Below, one piece after another: positions 47,856-58,101 of a DNA stretch of 64,000 bases. The notes beneath the pieces are model-generated. The model did not search any database. It saw only the letters and a program-made list of their open reading frames with translations, and was not told where the DNA came from. This DNA is from Thermoproteus sp. (GTDB taxonomy: Archaea; Thermoproteota; Thermoprotei; Thermoproteales; Thermoproteaceae), in NCBI GenBank assembly GCA_049976425.1, contig JBMFIG010000002.1, positions 32,001-96,000 of the forward strand, given 5' to 3'. The position numbers and the translations under genes were made by a program. Within the stretch, counting starts at the first letter, position 1. The number at the start of each line of letters is the position of its first letter.

Positions 47856-48896
47856 GTGGTGAAAATAGTGAGGGTGGATCCGCTGAATCCGCGGGACGAG
47901 GATATAGCCGAGGCCGCCGCCGTTATAAGATCGGGGGGCCTCGTGGCCTTCCCCACAGAGACCGTGTACGGCCTCGGCGCCGATGCGTTCAACGCAGAAG
48001 CTTCGGCGAGGATATTTAAGGCCAAGGGAAGGCCGGCGGACAACCCCCTCATAGTCCACATATCCTCGCTGGACATGGCCCTCGAGCTAGGCGATATGCC
48101 GGAGAGAGCCGTCGAGGTTGCCAAGAAGGCGTGGCCGGGCCCGATAACTTTCGTGGTCAAGAAAAAGGCCGATCTGCCGGCGGTGGTCACGGCAGGCCGC
48201 CCGACGGTGGCGTTGCGCTGTCCCGCCCACCCCGTCGCCCTAAAGCTGATAGAGGCGGCCGGCACGCCTATAGCCGCCCCAAGCGCCAACAAGGCCGGGA
48301 GGCCGAGCCCCACCGAGGCCTCCCACGTGGCCGAAGACCTCGGCGACTCCGTCGACCTTATCTTGGACGCCGGCAGGACGTTCTTCGGCGTGGAGTCCAC
48401 CATAGTCGACGTGACGAGGGAGCCCCCGGTCCTTCTGAGACCGGGCCCATTCACCGTGGAGGAGCTGAAATCCTTATTGGGCGAGGTGGAGATCCCGCCC
48501 TTCGCCAGAGGGCTGGGCGAGGCGGACGTGGCGCTCGCGCCCGGCATGAAGTATAGGCACTACGCGCCCGAGACTCCGCTGATCCTTGTCGACTTCGATC
48601 TGGCCTCTGCCGTGAGGGCGACCCACGAGCTGGGCTTAAGAGTGGCCGTTCTGTGCCTCGCCGGGAGGTGCGCGGATGCCGACGCCGCGATCAACGTGGG
48701 GTCCGATCTGTACGAGATAGCGAAAAACCTCTACGACGCCCTCAGACGCGTCGACAAGGTAAAGGTCGACGTGGCGCTCGCGCCCACGGTGCCGGAGAGG
48801 GGGATAGGGCTGGCTATAATGAACAGGCTGAGGAAGGCCTCCGGCTTCAAGCTCGCCGCGACCGAGGAAGAGTTAAGGAGGCTCTTGAGGGGATGA
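47856..48896 (+). CDS. sua5: Threonylcarbamoyl-AMP synthase Sua5
   Basis: AFPTETVYGL, KGRPADNPLIVH, WPGP, APSAN, EST, PGMKYRHYAP and AIMNRL motifs. Confidence 0.96.
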   Translation: MVKIVRVDPLNPRDEDIAEAAAVIRSGGLVAFPTETVYGLGADAFNAEASARIFKAKGRPADNPLIVHISSLDMALELGDMPERAVEVAKKAWPGPITFVVKKKADLPAVVTAGRPTVALRCPAHPVALKLIEAAGTPIAAPSANKAGRPSPTEASHVAEDLGDSVDLILDAGRTFFGVESTIVDVTREPPVLLRPGPFTVEELKSLLGEVEIPPFARGLGEADVALAPGMKYRHYAPETPLILVDFDLASAVRATHELGLRVAVLCLAGRCADADAAINVGSDLYEIAKNLYDALRRVDKVKVDVALAPTVPERGIGLAIMNRLRKASGFKLAATEEELRRLLRG

Positions 48897-49663
48897 GCTG
48901 GGTCGACGAGTTCTTCGACGATATATATCGCGACTTCATGGAGCACTATAGGGGGCCTGAGATAAGCGCTAAGGAGGCGCGCTTCCTCGCCGAGGCTTTG
49001 GGCATAGAGCGGGGCAAGCGCTTCCTCGACGCCGCGTGCGGCCACGGGAGGCACATGCGGCATATGCCTCCGGACTCGGTGGTGGGCCTCGATATAAACA
49101 TACGGTACCTCTCGGAGGCTAAGAGATACGGCGACGTCGTGGCCGCCGATTTGAGAATGCCTCCCTTCAGACGCCGTGCGTTCGACGGAGCCTACATAAT
49201 GCACAGCACGCTGGGGATGTTCGGGGACGAGGAAGACTTGGAGATATTGATGTGGCTATCCGGCTCCATAAAGCCCGGCGGATCTCTCGCCGTGGATCTG
49301 GCCAACAGAGCGAAGGTGGACAAGGCGTACGCCGCGCTTGGGGAGAGCTGGAATATGTGGATATCCGCCGGCCCGTACAAGGTCCTATCGGTGGCCGCCT
49401 ACAATCCGCTGACTGGGAAGATAAGGGAGACCAGATACCTCTACAAAAACGGGAAGTATGTAGGGACGAGGACCCTGGAGCTTAGGCTGTACTCGCCGAG
49501 CGAGCTGGGCCTCATGTTGCGCAGTGTCGGCATGGCCATCAAGGCGGTCTATGGGGATTTCGACGGGTCGCCGTACTCGGACAACTCTGAGAGGTATATA
49601 GCGATCGCCGTGAAGACCGGCGGCGCTCCGGAGAATTTAAAGGCGGCGATATCCTGGCCGTAG
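48893..49663 (+). CDS. Class I SAM-dependent methyltransferase
   Basis: LDAACGHGRH, GLD, ADLR and KPGG motifs; ATGA overlap with sua5. Confidence 0.9.
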   Translation: MSWVDEFFDDIYRDFMEHYRGPEISAKEARFLAEALGIERGKRFLDAACGHGRHMRHMPPDSVVGLDINIRYLSEAKRYGDVVAADLRMPPFRRRAFDGAYIMHSTLGMFGDEEDLEILMWLSGSIKPGGSLAVDLANRAKVDKAYAALGESWNMWISAGPYKVLSVAAYNPLTGKIRETRYLYKNGKYVGTRTLELRLYSPSELGLMLRSVGMAIKAVYGDFDGSPYSDNSERYIAIAVKTGGAPENLKAAISWP

Positions 49664-49692
49664 CGTTATATTTACCCTCTGCAATTCTCCCT

Positions 49693-50559
49693 ATGCGGCT
49701 CTACTACTTCAAAAACGCCGAGGATTTGGCCAGGCAGATCGCGGGGACGTTGGGCCTAGACGCCAAGCTCGTCGAGGAGAGGGATTTCCCCGACGGCGAG
49801 GTTCTGGTGAGGGTGGAGCCAGCTAGGGAGGCGATTCTGTTGGCCCGGCTCTATCCCGACGTCAACAAGAACTTGGTTAAGCTGTTCCTGGCACTCGACG
49901 CCCTAAGCGACTACGGAGCCGACAGGGTGGTGCTCGTGGCGCCGTATCTCCCATATGCGAGACAAGACAGACGGTTCCGCGAGGGGGAGCCCATAAGCGT
50001 TAAGTTCCTTCTAGGCCATTTGAGGCAGTACCCCGTCTCGCACCTCATAGCCGTCGACCTCCACAAGCCCTATATCGGCGACTACGTGGCGGGCCTACGC
50101 GTCGTCAACGTATATCCAGCGGAGAAATACGCGGCGGCCGTTAGGAGGTGGAACGTGGACGTCGTCCTAAGTCCCGACGCGGGATCCCTCCACAGAGCCG
50201 CGGCGTTGGCCGAGCTGTTGGGAGTGCCCTACAACCACTTCGAGAAGTTTAGGGATAGGGAGACGGGGGAGATCTACATGAAGCCCAGAGGAGACGTGAA
50301 TCTCCAGGGGAAGTCGGTGGTCCTAGTCGACGATATACTGGCCACAGGCGGCACGTTGGTCGATGCGTGTAAAAACGCGAAGTTGTTGGGGGCATCCGCG
50401 GTATACGCCGTGGTTTCGCACTGCCAGTTGTTGGGCAACGCAAGGGAGAAGATCAGAGGTTGCGTAGACGCGCTCTACTGCACCAACACCATACCTTGCG
50501 AGTACTCCAGCGTAGACATCTCGGAGGACCTCGCCAGGAGCATATCGGCAATCCTATAG
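49693..50559 (+). CDS. prs: Ribose-phosphate pyrophosphokinase
   Basis: FPDGE, PYLPYARQD, VDLH, SPDAG and VDDILATGGT motifs. Confidence 0.96.
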   Translation: MRLYYFKNAEDLARQIAGTLGLDAKLVEERDFPDGEVLVRVEPAREAILLARLYPDVNKNLVKLFLALDALSDYGADRVVLVAPYLPYARQDRRFREGEPISVKFLLGHLRQYPVSHLIAVDLHKPYIGDYVAGLRVVNVYPAEKYAAAVRRWNVDVVLSPDAGSLHRAAALAELLGVPYNHFEKFRDRETGEIYMKPRGDVNLQGKSVVLVDDILATGGTLVDACKNAKLLGASAVYAVVSHCQLLGNAREKIRGCVDALYCTNTIPCEYSSVDISEDLARSISAIL

Positions 50560-51564
50560 CCGCCAGTATCTGGACTGGATAGACCTCACCTCGGCCAAGA
50601 TCTTCGCCAACCTCCCCCATACCGAGTGGTCGCTGACGCTGGGCTCCTCGGGCGGGGCGCGGCCTAGGCTGGCCAGCTCCATCGCCAACATTTTAGACCC
50701 CTCCTTGAGCACGGCGTAGTTGTAGCCGCCCTCTAGAAGGAAGACCGCAGGCACGTTTAGGGAGAGCAAGGACCTAACGGCGTACCTATACCCGTTGAGG
50801 GTGAAGCCCATATCGGCGAGTGGATCCTCCTTGTGCGCGTCCCAGCCCAACGACACTATCAAGACGCGGGGGCCGTACTGCCTCAATATAGGCATGACGA
50901 TCTCGTCGAAGATCTTCTTGAAGCCGTCGTCTCCTAGGCCAGGGGGCATGGGCACGTTGACGTTGAAGCCCTCGCCCCTCCCCCTCCCGACCTCGTCGGG
51001 GAAGCCGGTGCCCGGGTATAGGGTCAACGGATCCTGGTGCGTCGAGATATAGAGCACGTCCCTATCGTAGAGGATCTCCTGGGTGCCGTTGCCGTGGTGG
51101 ACGTCTATGTCAACAATCGCCGCGCCTTCTCCATAAAGGGCCCCGACAGCCGCCGTGTTGAATATACAGAAACCCTGGGTGGGAGCCGTCAAGGCCCTTC
51201 CCGACCTGCCGGCGTGATGGCCGGGAGGCCTTGCCAATATGTAGGCGTGTTCCCTCGAATCCAACGCGTCGAGTATTGCCGACACGGCCGTAAGGGCGGC
51301 GTTGCACGTGCCGGGGGACACCCAAGTGTCGCCGTCTAGCTCCGTGAGGTTGCCCAAGCTACATAGATCCTCGATATACCTTATGTAGTCTCTGCCGTGC
51401 GCCGCCTCTAGACGTTGGAGAACGTCGTCTCTGGCGCGCGGGGCGACGAGAGGCGCGCCAGCCTCCCTAACCCCTTCTAGGGCGTAGTCGAGGCGGCGGG
51501 GGTTCTCGGGATGTCCGGGCCCGGTCTCGTGTCCCTTGAAGACGTCGTCGTAGTATACCCTCAC
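50554..51564 (-). CDS. Histone deacetylase family amidohydrolase
   Basis: HPE, RPPGHHA, GFC, DIDVHHGNGT, DAH..DPL and LEGGY motifs. Confidence 0.95.
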   Translation of the reverse strand: MRVYYDDVFKGHETGPGHPENPRRLDYALEGVREAGAPLVAPRARDDVLQRLEAAHGRDYIRYIEDLCSLGNLTELDGDTWVSPGTCNAALTAVSAILDALDSREHAYILARPPGHHAGRSGRALTAPTQGFCIFNTAAVGALYGEGAAIVDIDVHHGNGTQEILYDRDVLYISTHQDPLTLYPGTGFPDEVGRGRGEGFNVNVPMPPGLGDDGFKKIFDEIVMPILRQYGPRVLIVSLGWDAHKEDPLADMGFTLNGYRYAVRSLLSLNVPAVFLLEGGYNYAVLKEGSKMLAMELASLGRAPPEEPSVSDHSVWGRLAKILAEVRSIQSRYWRL

Positions 51565-51620
51565 GGGATAGACCTAGCCATCTATTAAAGAGCAGTTGGT
51601 TTTATTTTAGCCGAAAGTAC

Positions 51621-51824
51621 ATGATGTTGAAGAGGAAAAAGAAGGAACTAGACGAGGATGAGGAGATCGAGAAGTTGCTCCGCGACGACGCGACCGCCGA
51701 CGACGCGGCAGAAGGGAACGACGAGGACAGATACCTTAAGATTAAGATAGAGGTGGAGGGCCTCAGAGAATTGACGCAGGCATTGGAGGAGCTTGTAGAG
51801 GCCATAAAGTCGCGGGAGAAATAG
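51621..51824 (+). CDS. Small acidic protein with C-terminal amphipathic/coiled-coil helix
   Basis: 67 aa divergent from the HDAC gene, with typical codon usage. Confidence 0.65.
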   Translation: MMLKRKKKELDEDEEIEKLLRDDATADDAAEGNDEDRYLKIKIEVEGLRELTQALEELVEAIKSREK

Positions 51825-51933
51825 CGCACTGAGGCCCATATCGGCGGTTTGCGATATAAGGCGAGGCCGGGCGCCGGTTTTCTACAAAGGCTTGCTGGCG
51901 GAAATAACATAAAACGCGCTTTAAGCCCTACGC

Positions 51934-52650
51934 ATGGCCGTCGAGCCCTCCGATAAACTGACCGGAGCCGCCGGATCCCGAGGAGAGCTGGCTGACGCCG
52001 GGCAGACCGGCTGTGTGTTGCCCGTCGGGTCCTACGAACAACACGGCCCGTTCCTCCCGCCGACGGTCGACACGGAGATAGCTATCTACGTGGCTCGGAG
52101 ACTCGCCGAGAGGTTGGGCGCCCGGGTGTTGGAGCCTATCTGGTATACGTGTAGCAAAGAGCATCAAGATTTCCCTCCCACTATATACGTCGAGTGCGAC
52201 GTCTTTCTATCGTATATAACCGGCGTTCTGAGAACTGCGGCTAAGTGGTGTAGCTACGTAGTGGTGGTGGCGGGACACGGCGGCGTCGCAGACGTGGGGA
52301 ACCTGGCGGCTTCGCAACTCGACTACGAGTTGGGGCCGAAAATACTCTGGCTGAACGTGTGGAGCCTGGCGGCCGTGAGGGATCACGCCGGCTCCGACGA
52401 GGCGAGCGTGTATCTAGCCATAGGCGGCAGGCTTATCGACACCCCTAGGGAGAGGGTATGCGAGGGCGACGTGCATATGATGAGGTACTTACGGACGGCG
52501 TGGATGTCCCGAAGCGGCGTCGTCGGATGTATAGACCCAGCCGAGATCTCCGCGGAGAGGGGATCGACGTTGCTGGAAACAATAGTTGACAAGGCCTACC
52601 AACGGGCTAATGCTTTTTTATCCACAATTCGGGCCGTCTATCGTGCATAG
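51934..52650 (+). CDS. arfB: Creatininase family, probably FAPy-nucleotide deformylase (ArfB) of archaeal riboflavin synthesis
   Basis: PVGSYEQHG, D, EH, HGG and HAG..E motifs; first gene of the riboflavin operon. Confidence 0.8.
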   Translation: MAVEPSDKLTGAAGSRGELADAGQTGCVLPVGSYEQHGPFLPPTVDTEIAIYVARRLAERLGARVLEPIWYTCSKEHQDFPPTIYVECDVFLSYITGVLRTAAKWCSYVVVVAGHGGVADVGNLAASQLDYELGPKILWLNVWSLAAVRDHAGSDEASVYLAIGGRLIDTPRERVCEGDVHMMRYLRTAWMSRSGVVGCIDPAEISAERGSTLLETIVDKAYQRANAFLSTIRAVYRA

Positions 52651-53305
52651 CGTGATGCAACTAAAGTTGATAGGGTATAGGGAGTGGACGGAGACGTTGG
52701 GCTTCAGGCGGGAGCACGTGATACAGCAAGTACAGGCGGAGCTCCACAAAAGGGCCTGGGCCGAGTACACGTCCATAGACGCCCTCCCGCATCACATGCG
52801 CTACGACTACCTGCTGATATACTCAAACAACGTGCCCGTAAAGGCGTTGGCGGATAAGGTGAAGTCGTTGCAGGAGGTGTCGCCGGTGCCGGTGGAGTAC
52901 TGTATAGGGCGCGGCGGCACTCCGTTGGAGGCCTACGAAGCCTGCGGAGAGGGGGACACAGCGGGGGGCTCGGCCGTCGTGGGCCATATGGACATAGTCA
53001 ACAGCACGAGGCAGACCGAGAGGATGGGGTCCTACGACGTGTATGTAGTGGTGGGCGACCTAATAAACAAGGCCAACACCATCTGTAGGGGGCTGGGCTG
53101 TCTGGCCTTCTACCTAGGAGGCGACAATATAATGATATTCCTCCCCGACGTGAAGACGGGCTACCTCCTCTACGACCAGATATACATAGACGTGCGGCTG
53201 GGCATCGGCATCGCCGAAAGGCCCTATACGGCCTTCGCCAAGGCCACCGAGGCTCTCGACTCTATGAGGAGAGACGGCGTGGTGGGCGTCAGAGTGCTGA
53301 GATGA
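52643..53305 (+). CDS. gch3: GTP cyclohydrolase III (ArfA)
   Basis: YREWTETLG..RE..IQ..QA, RYD, HMDI and YLGGDN motifs. Confidence 0.9.
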   Translation: MHSVMQLKLIGYREWTETLGFRREHVIQQVQAELHKRAWAEYTSIDALPHHMRYDYLLIYSNNVPVKALADKVKSLQEVSPVPVEYCIGRGGTPLEAYEACGEGDTAGGSAVVGHMDIVNSTRQTERMGSYDVYVVVGDLINKANTICRGLGCLAFYLGGDNIMIFLPDVKTGYLLYDQIYIDVRLGIGIAERPYTAFAKATEALDSMRRDGVVGVRVLR

Positions 53306-53955
53306 GGCCTTACGTCTACCTCGCGGCGGCCGTCACCGTAGACGGCAGAATAGCCAGCAAGACGGGCTACTCCCGCCTTTCTTGCCCCGTCGATTTGAGG
53401 AGGCTACACGCGCTCCGCGCCAAGGTAGACGCCGTGCTGGTGGGGGCAAGGACCGTCAAGGTCGACAACCCGAGGCTGACCGTGAGGTATGTCGAAGGCC
53501 GGAACCCGGTACGGGTGATAGTCGACGGGTCGTTGAGCGTCCCGCAGTCTGCCCGGGTCTTCGACGGCTCGGCGCCAACGATAGTCTTGACTACGGAGAA
53601 GGCCCCGCGCGAGAAGGTGGCGGCCTTGAGGGAACGCGGCGTCGAGGTGATCCAGTTTCCGGGGGACGCCGTGCCGCTCCGGGAGGCGTTGGAGAGGCTC
53701 TACGTCTCCGGCATAAGAAGCGTCTTGGTGGAGGGCGGCGGCCGCATTAACTGGCAGATGCTGAGCCAATGCCTGGTCGACGAGCTGGTGATAACGGTGA
53801 CCCCATATGCGTTTGGGGCCGGCACGTCGCTTCTGGAAGGGCCGGGGTACGACGACGTGGAGTCCGCGCCGTTTAGGTTGAGGTTGCTGTCGGCCGAGAT
53901 ATGCGAGTGCGGGCAGGAGGTTGTGTTGAGGTATAGGGTTGAGTGTAAACAGTAG
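53302..53955 (+). CDS. arfC: 2,5-diamino-6-ribosylamino-4(3H)-pyrimidinone 5'-phosphate reductase (RibD C-domain, ArfC)
   Basis: DGRIA, DAVLVGARTV..DNPRLTVR and VEGGG motifs. Confidence 0.92.
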   Translation: MRPYVYLAAAVTVDGRIASKTGYSRLSCPVDLRRLHALRAKVDAVLVGARTVKVDNPRLTVRYVEGRNPVRVIVDGSLSVPQSARVFDGSAPTIVLTTEKAPREKVAALRERGVEVIQFPGDAVPLREALERLYVSGIRSVLVEGGGRINWQMLSQCLVDELVITVTPYAFGAGTSLLEGPGYDDVESAPFRLRLLSAEICECGQEVVLRYRVECKQ

Positions 53956-53973
53956 TTTACACAAGGCATATAT

Positions 53974-54636
53974 ATGGATGAACTTAGGTTGACGATGACG
54001 TTGGAGAAGGCGATAGAGGCCTTGAGGGCTGGCAGGCCCGTGCTCATATACGACGGCGATTATAGAGAGGCCGAGGCCGACTTCGTGGTGAGGGCCGACG
54101 CGGTGACCCCCGGCCTCGTCAGGTGGCTGAGGCAGAACGCAGGCGGGCTCCTATGTTTCGTGACGACGGAGGAGATAGGGAGGGCGCTCGGCCTCGAGTT
54201 CCTCTCCGAATACTACCGCAAGATGGGGCTCTCCGTGTTGCCCAGATACGGCGACGAGCCCGCGTTCATGGGCTACGTCAACCACAAGAAGACCAAGACA
54301 GGCGTCAGGGACTCGGACAAGGCTTTGACCATAAGAGAGCTGGCGAGGGTTGTCGAGATGGCGTTGAGCGACCCCGACAGAGCCAAGAAGACGTTCGTGG
54401 ACGAGTTCTACGGGCCGGGCCACGTGCCGGTGCTCGGGGCCAGGATAGGTAGGAGGTGGGGCCACACGGAGCTGTCGGCCATACTCGCCAAGGCCGCCGG
54501 CCTGCCTCCAGCCCTCGCCATAATCGAGGTCCTAGGCCCCAGCGTAGACGCTATGCCGTACGAGGAAGTAGAGGAGCTGGCGAAGTCCTTGGGCGTGCCG
54601 TTGCTGAGGGGCGAGGAGCTAAAGGCCCTTGCGTAG
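53974..54636 (+). CDS. ribB: 3,4-dihydroxy-2-butanone-4-phosphate synthase
   Basis: [23 protein letters not shown] and GHTE motifs. Confidence 0.93.
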   Translation: MDELRLTMTLEKAIEALRAGRPVLIYDGDYREAEADFVVRADAVTPGLVRWLRQNAGGLLCFVTTEEIGRALGLEFLSEYYRKMGLSVLPRYGDEPAFMGYVNHKKTKTGVRDSDKALTIRELARVVEMALSDPDRAKKTFVDEFYGPGHVPVLGARIGRRWGHTELSAILAKAAGLPPALAIIEVLGPSVDAMPYEEVEELAKSLGVPLLRGEELKALA

Positions 54637-55044
54637 CTTGATCACTATCCTGGTCCGTCTCGAGTCCTCGACGAACTTTGCCACGTAGGGGGCGAGCCTC
54701 TCGACCTCTCTGCGCGATACCGTGTGCCAGGTCGGACACGTCTTGTCCACGTAGACCTCGCGCCCGTCGTAGACCAGCGGGTAGAGCCTACAGCCGATGG
54801 GCCTATGCTCGTAGATGGTGCAGCTGGCCGTCGCGGGGTCGTAGAATACGCAGTGCCCGTCCACGTTCTTCAGCCTCAACATATCGCCGTCGGCGACGGC
54901 GAAGTCCTCGAGCCGATACCCCAAGGCCTCGATACGCTCCACGTCCTCCGGCAAGAGCTCCATCTCGGTCCCTACGCAACATATACCGCATTTTATGCAC
55001 TTGAACCTCACCTCGAAGAACGAGGGGTTGGACCAGACGCTCAC
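54619..55044 (-). CDS. YkgJ family CxxCxxCC cysteine-cluster protein
   Basis: CIKCGICC...CVF...[14 protein letters not shown] motif. Confidence 0.9.
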   Translation of the reverse strand: MSVWSNPSFFEVRFKCIKCGICCVGTEMELLPEDVERIEALGYRLEDFAVADGDMLRLKNVDGHCVFYDPATASCTIYEHRPIGCRLYPLVYDGREVYVDKTCPTWHTVSRREVERLAPYVAKFVEDSRRTRIVIKLRKGL

Positions 55045-56015
55045 TCCACCACGTAGAGAGGTCTCTCCCCTCTGAAGAACCGCACAACGTTCTCCGCGGC
55101 CACCTCGGCCATCTTGATCCTGGTCTCCAAAGCGGCGCTCCCTATATGGGGGGTGAGGACTACGTTAGGCATACTCACAAGCTCGTGAGTGTGGGGGAGC
55201 GGCTCCACTTCATATACGTCCAGCGCCGCGCCGGCCAGAATGCCCTCCCGTAGAGCCCTCAGAAGAGCCTCGGTGTCCACCACGGGGCCTCTGGCGACGT
55301 TGACGAAGTAGGCGCCGCGCTTCATCTTAGAGAACCTCTCCCAGTTCATCAAGTGCCGGGTCTCGGGCGTCAACGCCACCGAGACGATCACGAAATCGCT
55401 GGTCGACAGCAACTCGTCGAGCGGCAGATACCTTATGCCTAACGCGAACTCCACCTGGGGCTTCCTGGTGCGGGACCAGTAGACGACCTCGGCGCCGAAC
55501 GCCAGAAGGCGCCTGGCTATGGCCGCGCCCAAGTTGCCGAGCCCCACGATGCCCGCCCTCTTGCCCCGTATATCAGAACCTATGAGGGCGCCCCAGACGT
55601 CGTACGCCTTGCCCTCCCTAATCAGCCTATCGCCCTCGACTATCCTCCTGACTAGGGCCAGCAAGAGGCCCACGGCGAGATCGGCCGTGGCGTCGACCAG
55701 CACCTCGGGTGTGTTGGTCACCACGATGCCCCTCCGCCTGGCCTCGGCGACGTCTATGTGGTCGTACCCCACCGAGACGGTGGAGATTATCCTGAGGTTC
55801 TTGGCGCTGGACAGCACCTCCCTATCCACGACATCTCCCACGAAGACCACCATGGCGTCGCACTCGGCGGCGGCCCTCTTGAGGGCGTCCTTCGGGATGC
55901 CCGCCGTCAGCCAAGCCGGCTTGCCGTAGGGGTACGCTCTGACCTCTCCCACCTCGGCCAGTTTCCTGTAGAGTATCTCGGGGAACGTATCCCTGCTGAC
56001 GAATATACAGACCAC
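55041..56015 (-). CDS. D-2-hydroxyacid dehydrogenase (glyoxylate reductase-like)
   Basis: [31 protein letters not shown] and TPHIGS motifs. Confidence 0.92.
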   Translation of the reverse strand: MVCIFVSRDTFPEILYRKLAEVGEVRAYPYGKPAWLTAGIPKDALKRAAAECDAMVVFVGDVVDREVLSSAKNLRIISTVSVGYDHIDVAEARRRGIVVTNTPEVLVDATADLAVGLLLALVRRIVEGDRLIREGKAYDVWGALIGSDIRGKRAGIVGLGNLGAAIARRLLAFGAEVVYWSRTRKPQVEFALGIRYLPLDELLSTSDFVIVSVALTPETRHLMNWERFSKMKRGAYFVNVARGPVVDTEALLRALREGILAGAALDVYEVEPLPHTHELVSMPNVVLTPHIGSAALETRIKMAEVAAENVVRFFRGERPLYVVE

Positions 56016-56021
56016 GGGAAA

Positions 56022-56471
56022 TTACCGGTCTATATTAAGAAGACGTCTTAGCCACTCCGGCATCTTCGGGCTCGGGACCACGTCGAGGGCGTCGTACGGC
56101 TTTATGTCGAGCACGGGGCTCCCAGTCCAGGCGTCCAGATTGCGCAGGCGGAGCCGGGGCGGCTCCACGGCCACTATCTCCGCCACGGTCAGACCTATGG
56201 GGTTCGGCCTCGGCGGAAACCTCGTGGCGAATATGCCGACCTCAGGCGCGTCTGGGAGGCGCTTAGGCCTCACCCTCAACTCTGTGTGCTCTACTCTGTC
56301 CATATACCATATGACGAAGACGTGGCTGTACTCCTCGAGGCCCAGCAAGCCGTCGGCGTACTCGTCGAAAACCCTAACCGTGGATACGAAGCTCCTCCTG
56401 CCGGCCCCTCGCTCCTCTTGGGGGAGCCCCTCCTCGACGTAGCCTATGGGCCTAAGCCTTATCTCCCTCAA
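56022..56471 (-). CDS. TrmO/TsaA family tRNA m6t6A methyltransferase-like protein
   Basis: PIGYV, GIFATR.P.RPNPIGLT and PVLDIKPY motifs. Confidence 0.88.
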   Translation of the reverse strand: MREIRLRPIGYVEEGLPQEERGAGRRSFVSTVRVFDEYADGLLGLEEYSHVFVIWYMDRVEHTELRVRPKRLPDAPEVGIFATRFPPRPNPIGLTVAEIVAVEPPRLRLRNLDAWTGSPVLDIKPYDALDVVPSPKMPEWLRRLLNIDR

Positions 56472-56956
56472 GAGATCACTTGCGCCGTGATGGACGGGCT
56501 GATTATTATCTGTCCGTTGGCGTACGTCACGTGGGGGAACGATATGAGCAACTTCTCCGTGGAGCCCCCGCTGAGCCTCATCCCGCCCGTTATGTGTACC
56601 TTGAACACTCCGCTGGGGATGCGGGCAGTGATGTTGACGCCCCCTATCTCGATCGTGGCGCTGGATACCGTGAAGAACACCTCGTTGTACTCGCCGGCTG
56701 GCGCCGAGGCGGAGACGAGCAACTGCGGCGTGTGCGTCAGCGCTATGGTCCTGCTACCGTTGAAGATCACGACCCAGCCCGAGTTGTTGCCGACCCTATG
56801 AAGCGCCACAGACGTGAAGGTGAGGTATATGGCGAGGTTAGGCGCCGGCGGGTCGGACACATAGACGTCTACGCGGCCCTGGGATAGGTAAAAATAGAGG
56901 AAGGCCACGGCGGCTAGGATCACTACCACGGCCGCTATAGCTGGCCAGACCCGCAT
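56468..56956 (-). CDS. Membrane-anchored protein, DUF4382-like
   Basis: TM anchor, V.VSDPP, PAGEY and IPSG motifs. Confidence 0.7.
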   Translation of the reverse strand: MRVWPAIAAVVVILAAVAFLYFYLSQGRVDVYVSDPPAPNLAIYLTFTSVALHRVGNNSGWVVIFNGSRTIALTHTPQLLVSASAPAGEYNEVFFTVSSATIEIGGVNITARIPSGVFKVHITGGMRLSGGSTEKLLISFPHVTYANGQIIISPSITAQVIS

Positions 56957-56994
56957 GGAGGAATGGATCAGACCGGCTTATAAGCTGTAGCGCC

Positions 56995-57642
56995 TCAGAA
57001 ATGGAGCAGGTCGACTCCGACGAACGCCTTGAGGAATATATTAATCCCGAAAAGCGCCAGCAAAGCCGATAGGGCTATGAGCAGATAGCCGTACCTCCTG
57101 TTGTTCAACACCCTGGACGCGCCTCCGCCGAGCGAGGCCATTAGGGAGAGCCAGAGGTAGTCCATCCAGACGTGGGCGCCGTACATCGCGGCTACGCCCA
57201 GGGGTCCCAGCGCGAAGGCCTCGCCGACTAGAGGAAGGCCGACCGTGGCCCACCACATCAAGAAATATGGGTTGGCCCCAGTGAAGACCAGGCCCGTCAT
57301 GAAAGGCGGCAGGGAAAGCCGCCCGCCGGACATCTGCCTCGTATTGCCTCTTATGGAGGCCAGCCCGTCGCTTGCTGTCAGGTAGGCAAAGAAGAGCGAG
57401 AACGCCAGCGAGACGGCGGCGAGCGGCTTCTGGAAGGAGCCAAGCGCGCCGGCGACCAGCCCGAGCGCCAACACGTAGGGGAGCTCGAACGCCATATGGC
57501 CCGCGGCCACTGCAAGCCCCGACCTCGCCGCCGCCCTAGGACGCAAGGCGCCCGAGACGACGGCCGCCGTCGTTAGAGGACCCGGCGAGAAGGCGCCCGA
57601 CGGCGTCACCATCAATGTCTGTATGATTAAGTCGGCCAGCAT
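56995..57642 (-). CDS. LysE family translocator
   Basis: SPGP, GH...E and NPYFLMWW motifs. Confidence 0.9.
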   Translation of the reverse strand: MLADLIIQTLMVTPSGAFSPGPLTTAAVVSGALRPRAAARSGLAVAAGHMAFELPYVLALGLVAGALGSFQKPLAAVSLAFSLFFAYLTASDGLASIRGNTRQMSGGRLSLPPFMTGLVFTGANPYFLMWWATVGLPLVGEAFALGPLGVAAMYGAHVWMDYLWLSLMASLGGGASRVLNNRRYGYLLIALSALLALFGINIFLKAFVGVDLLHF

Positions 57643-57643
57643 A

Positions 57644-58066
57644 TCACCGCAGGGCCGATAATGCCCGTCTGAGGACCTGCCGGACGTTGGGGTAAGTCCG
57701 TAGCCCGTCCAGCTCGGCCTCGGATACCCACACGCCGTTGTTCAGCCTCCCCCCAACGCGCCTCACCAGGAAGACCAAGTCGTAGTGTATATGGATCTCG
57801 TCCGGGTAGCGGACCGTCTCCCTCAATATCGCGAAGGGCAGAGGCTCCTCGACCACGTCGTCGCTGGAGATCCCGCTGACGGGGCCCACAGGCTCCACCA
57901 CGAGCCCCGTCTCCTCCCGGAACTCCCGGACCACGGCTTCGGACGGGGTCTCGTCGGGCTCGACGTGGCCGCCCGGGTAGAGCCAGACGCCCAGCTTCTC
58001 GTGATACACCACAAGCGCTCTCCCGTCCTCTATAAGTATGCCGGAGGCGACGACGCACTTCCTCAC
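57644..58066 (-). CDS. Nudix hydrolase
   Basis: GGHVEPDETPSEAVVREFREETG Nudix box. Confidence 0.94.
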   Translation of the reverse strand: MRKCVVASGILIEDGRALVVYHEKLGVWLYPGGHVEPDETPSEAVVREFREETGLVVEPVGPVSGISSDDVVEEPLPFAILRETVRYPDEIHIHYDLVFLVRRVGGRLNNGVWVSEAELDGLRTYPNVRQVLRRALSALR

Positions 58067-58101
58067 CGTCGATACGTAAATAGCCCACTAAAAAAATTGC
58101 C

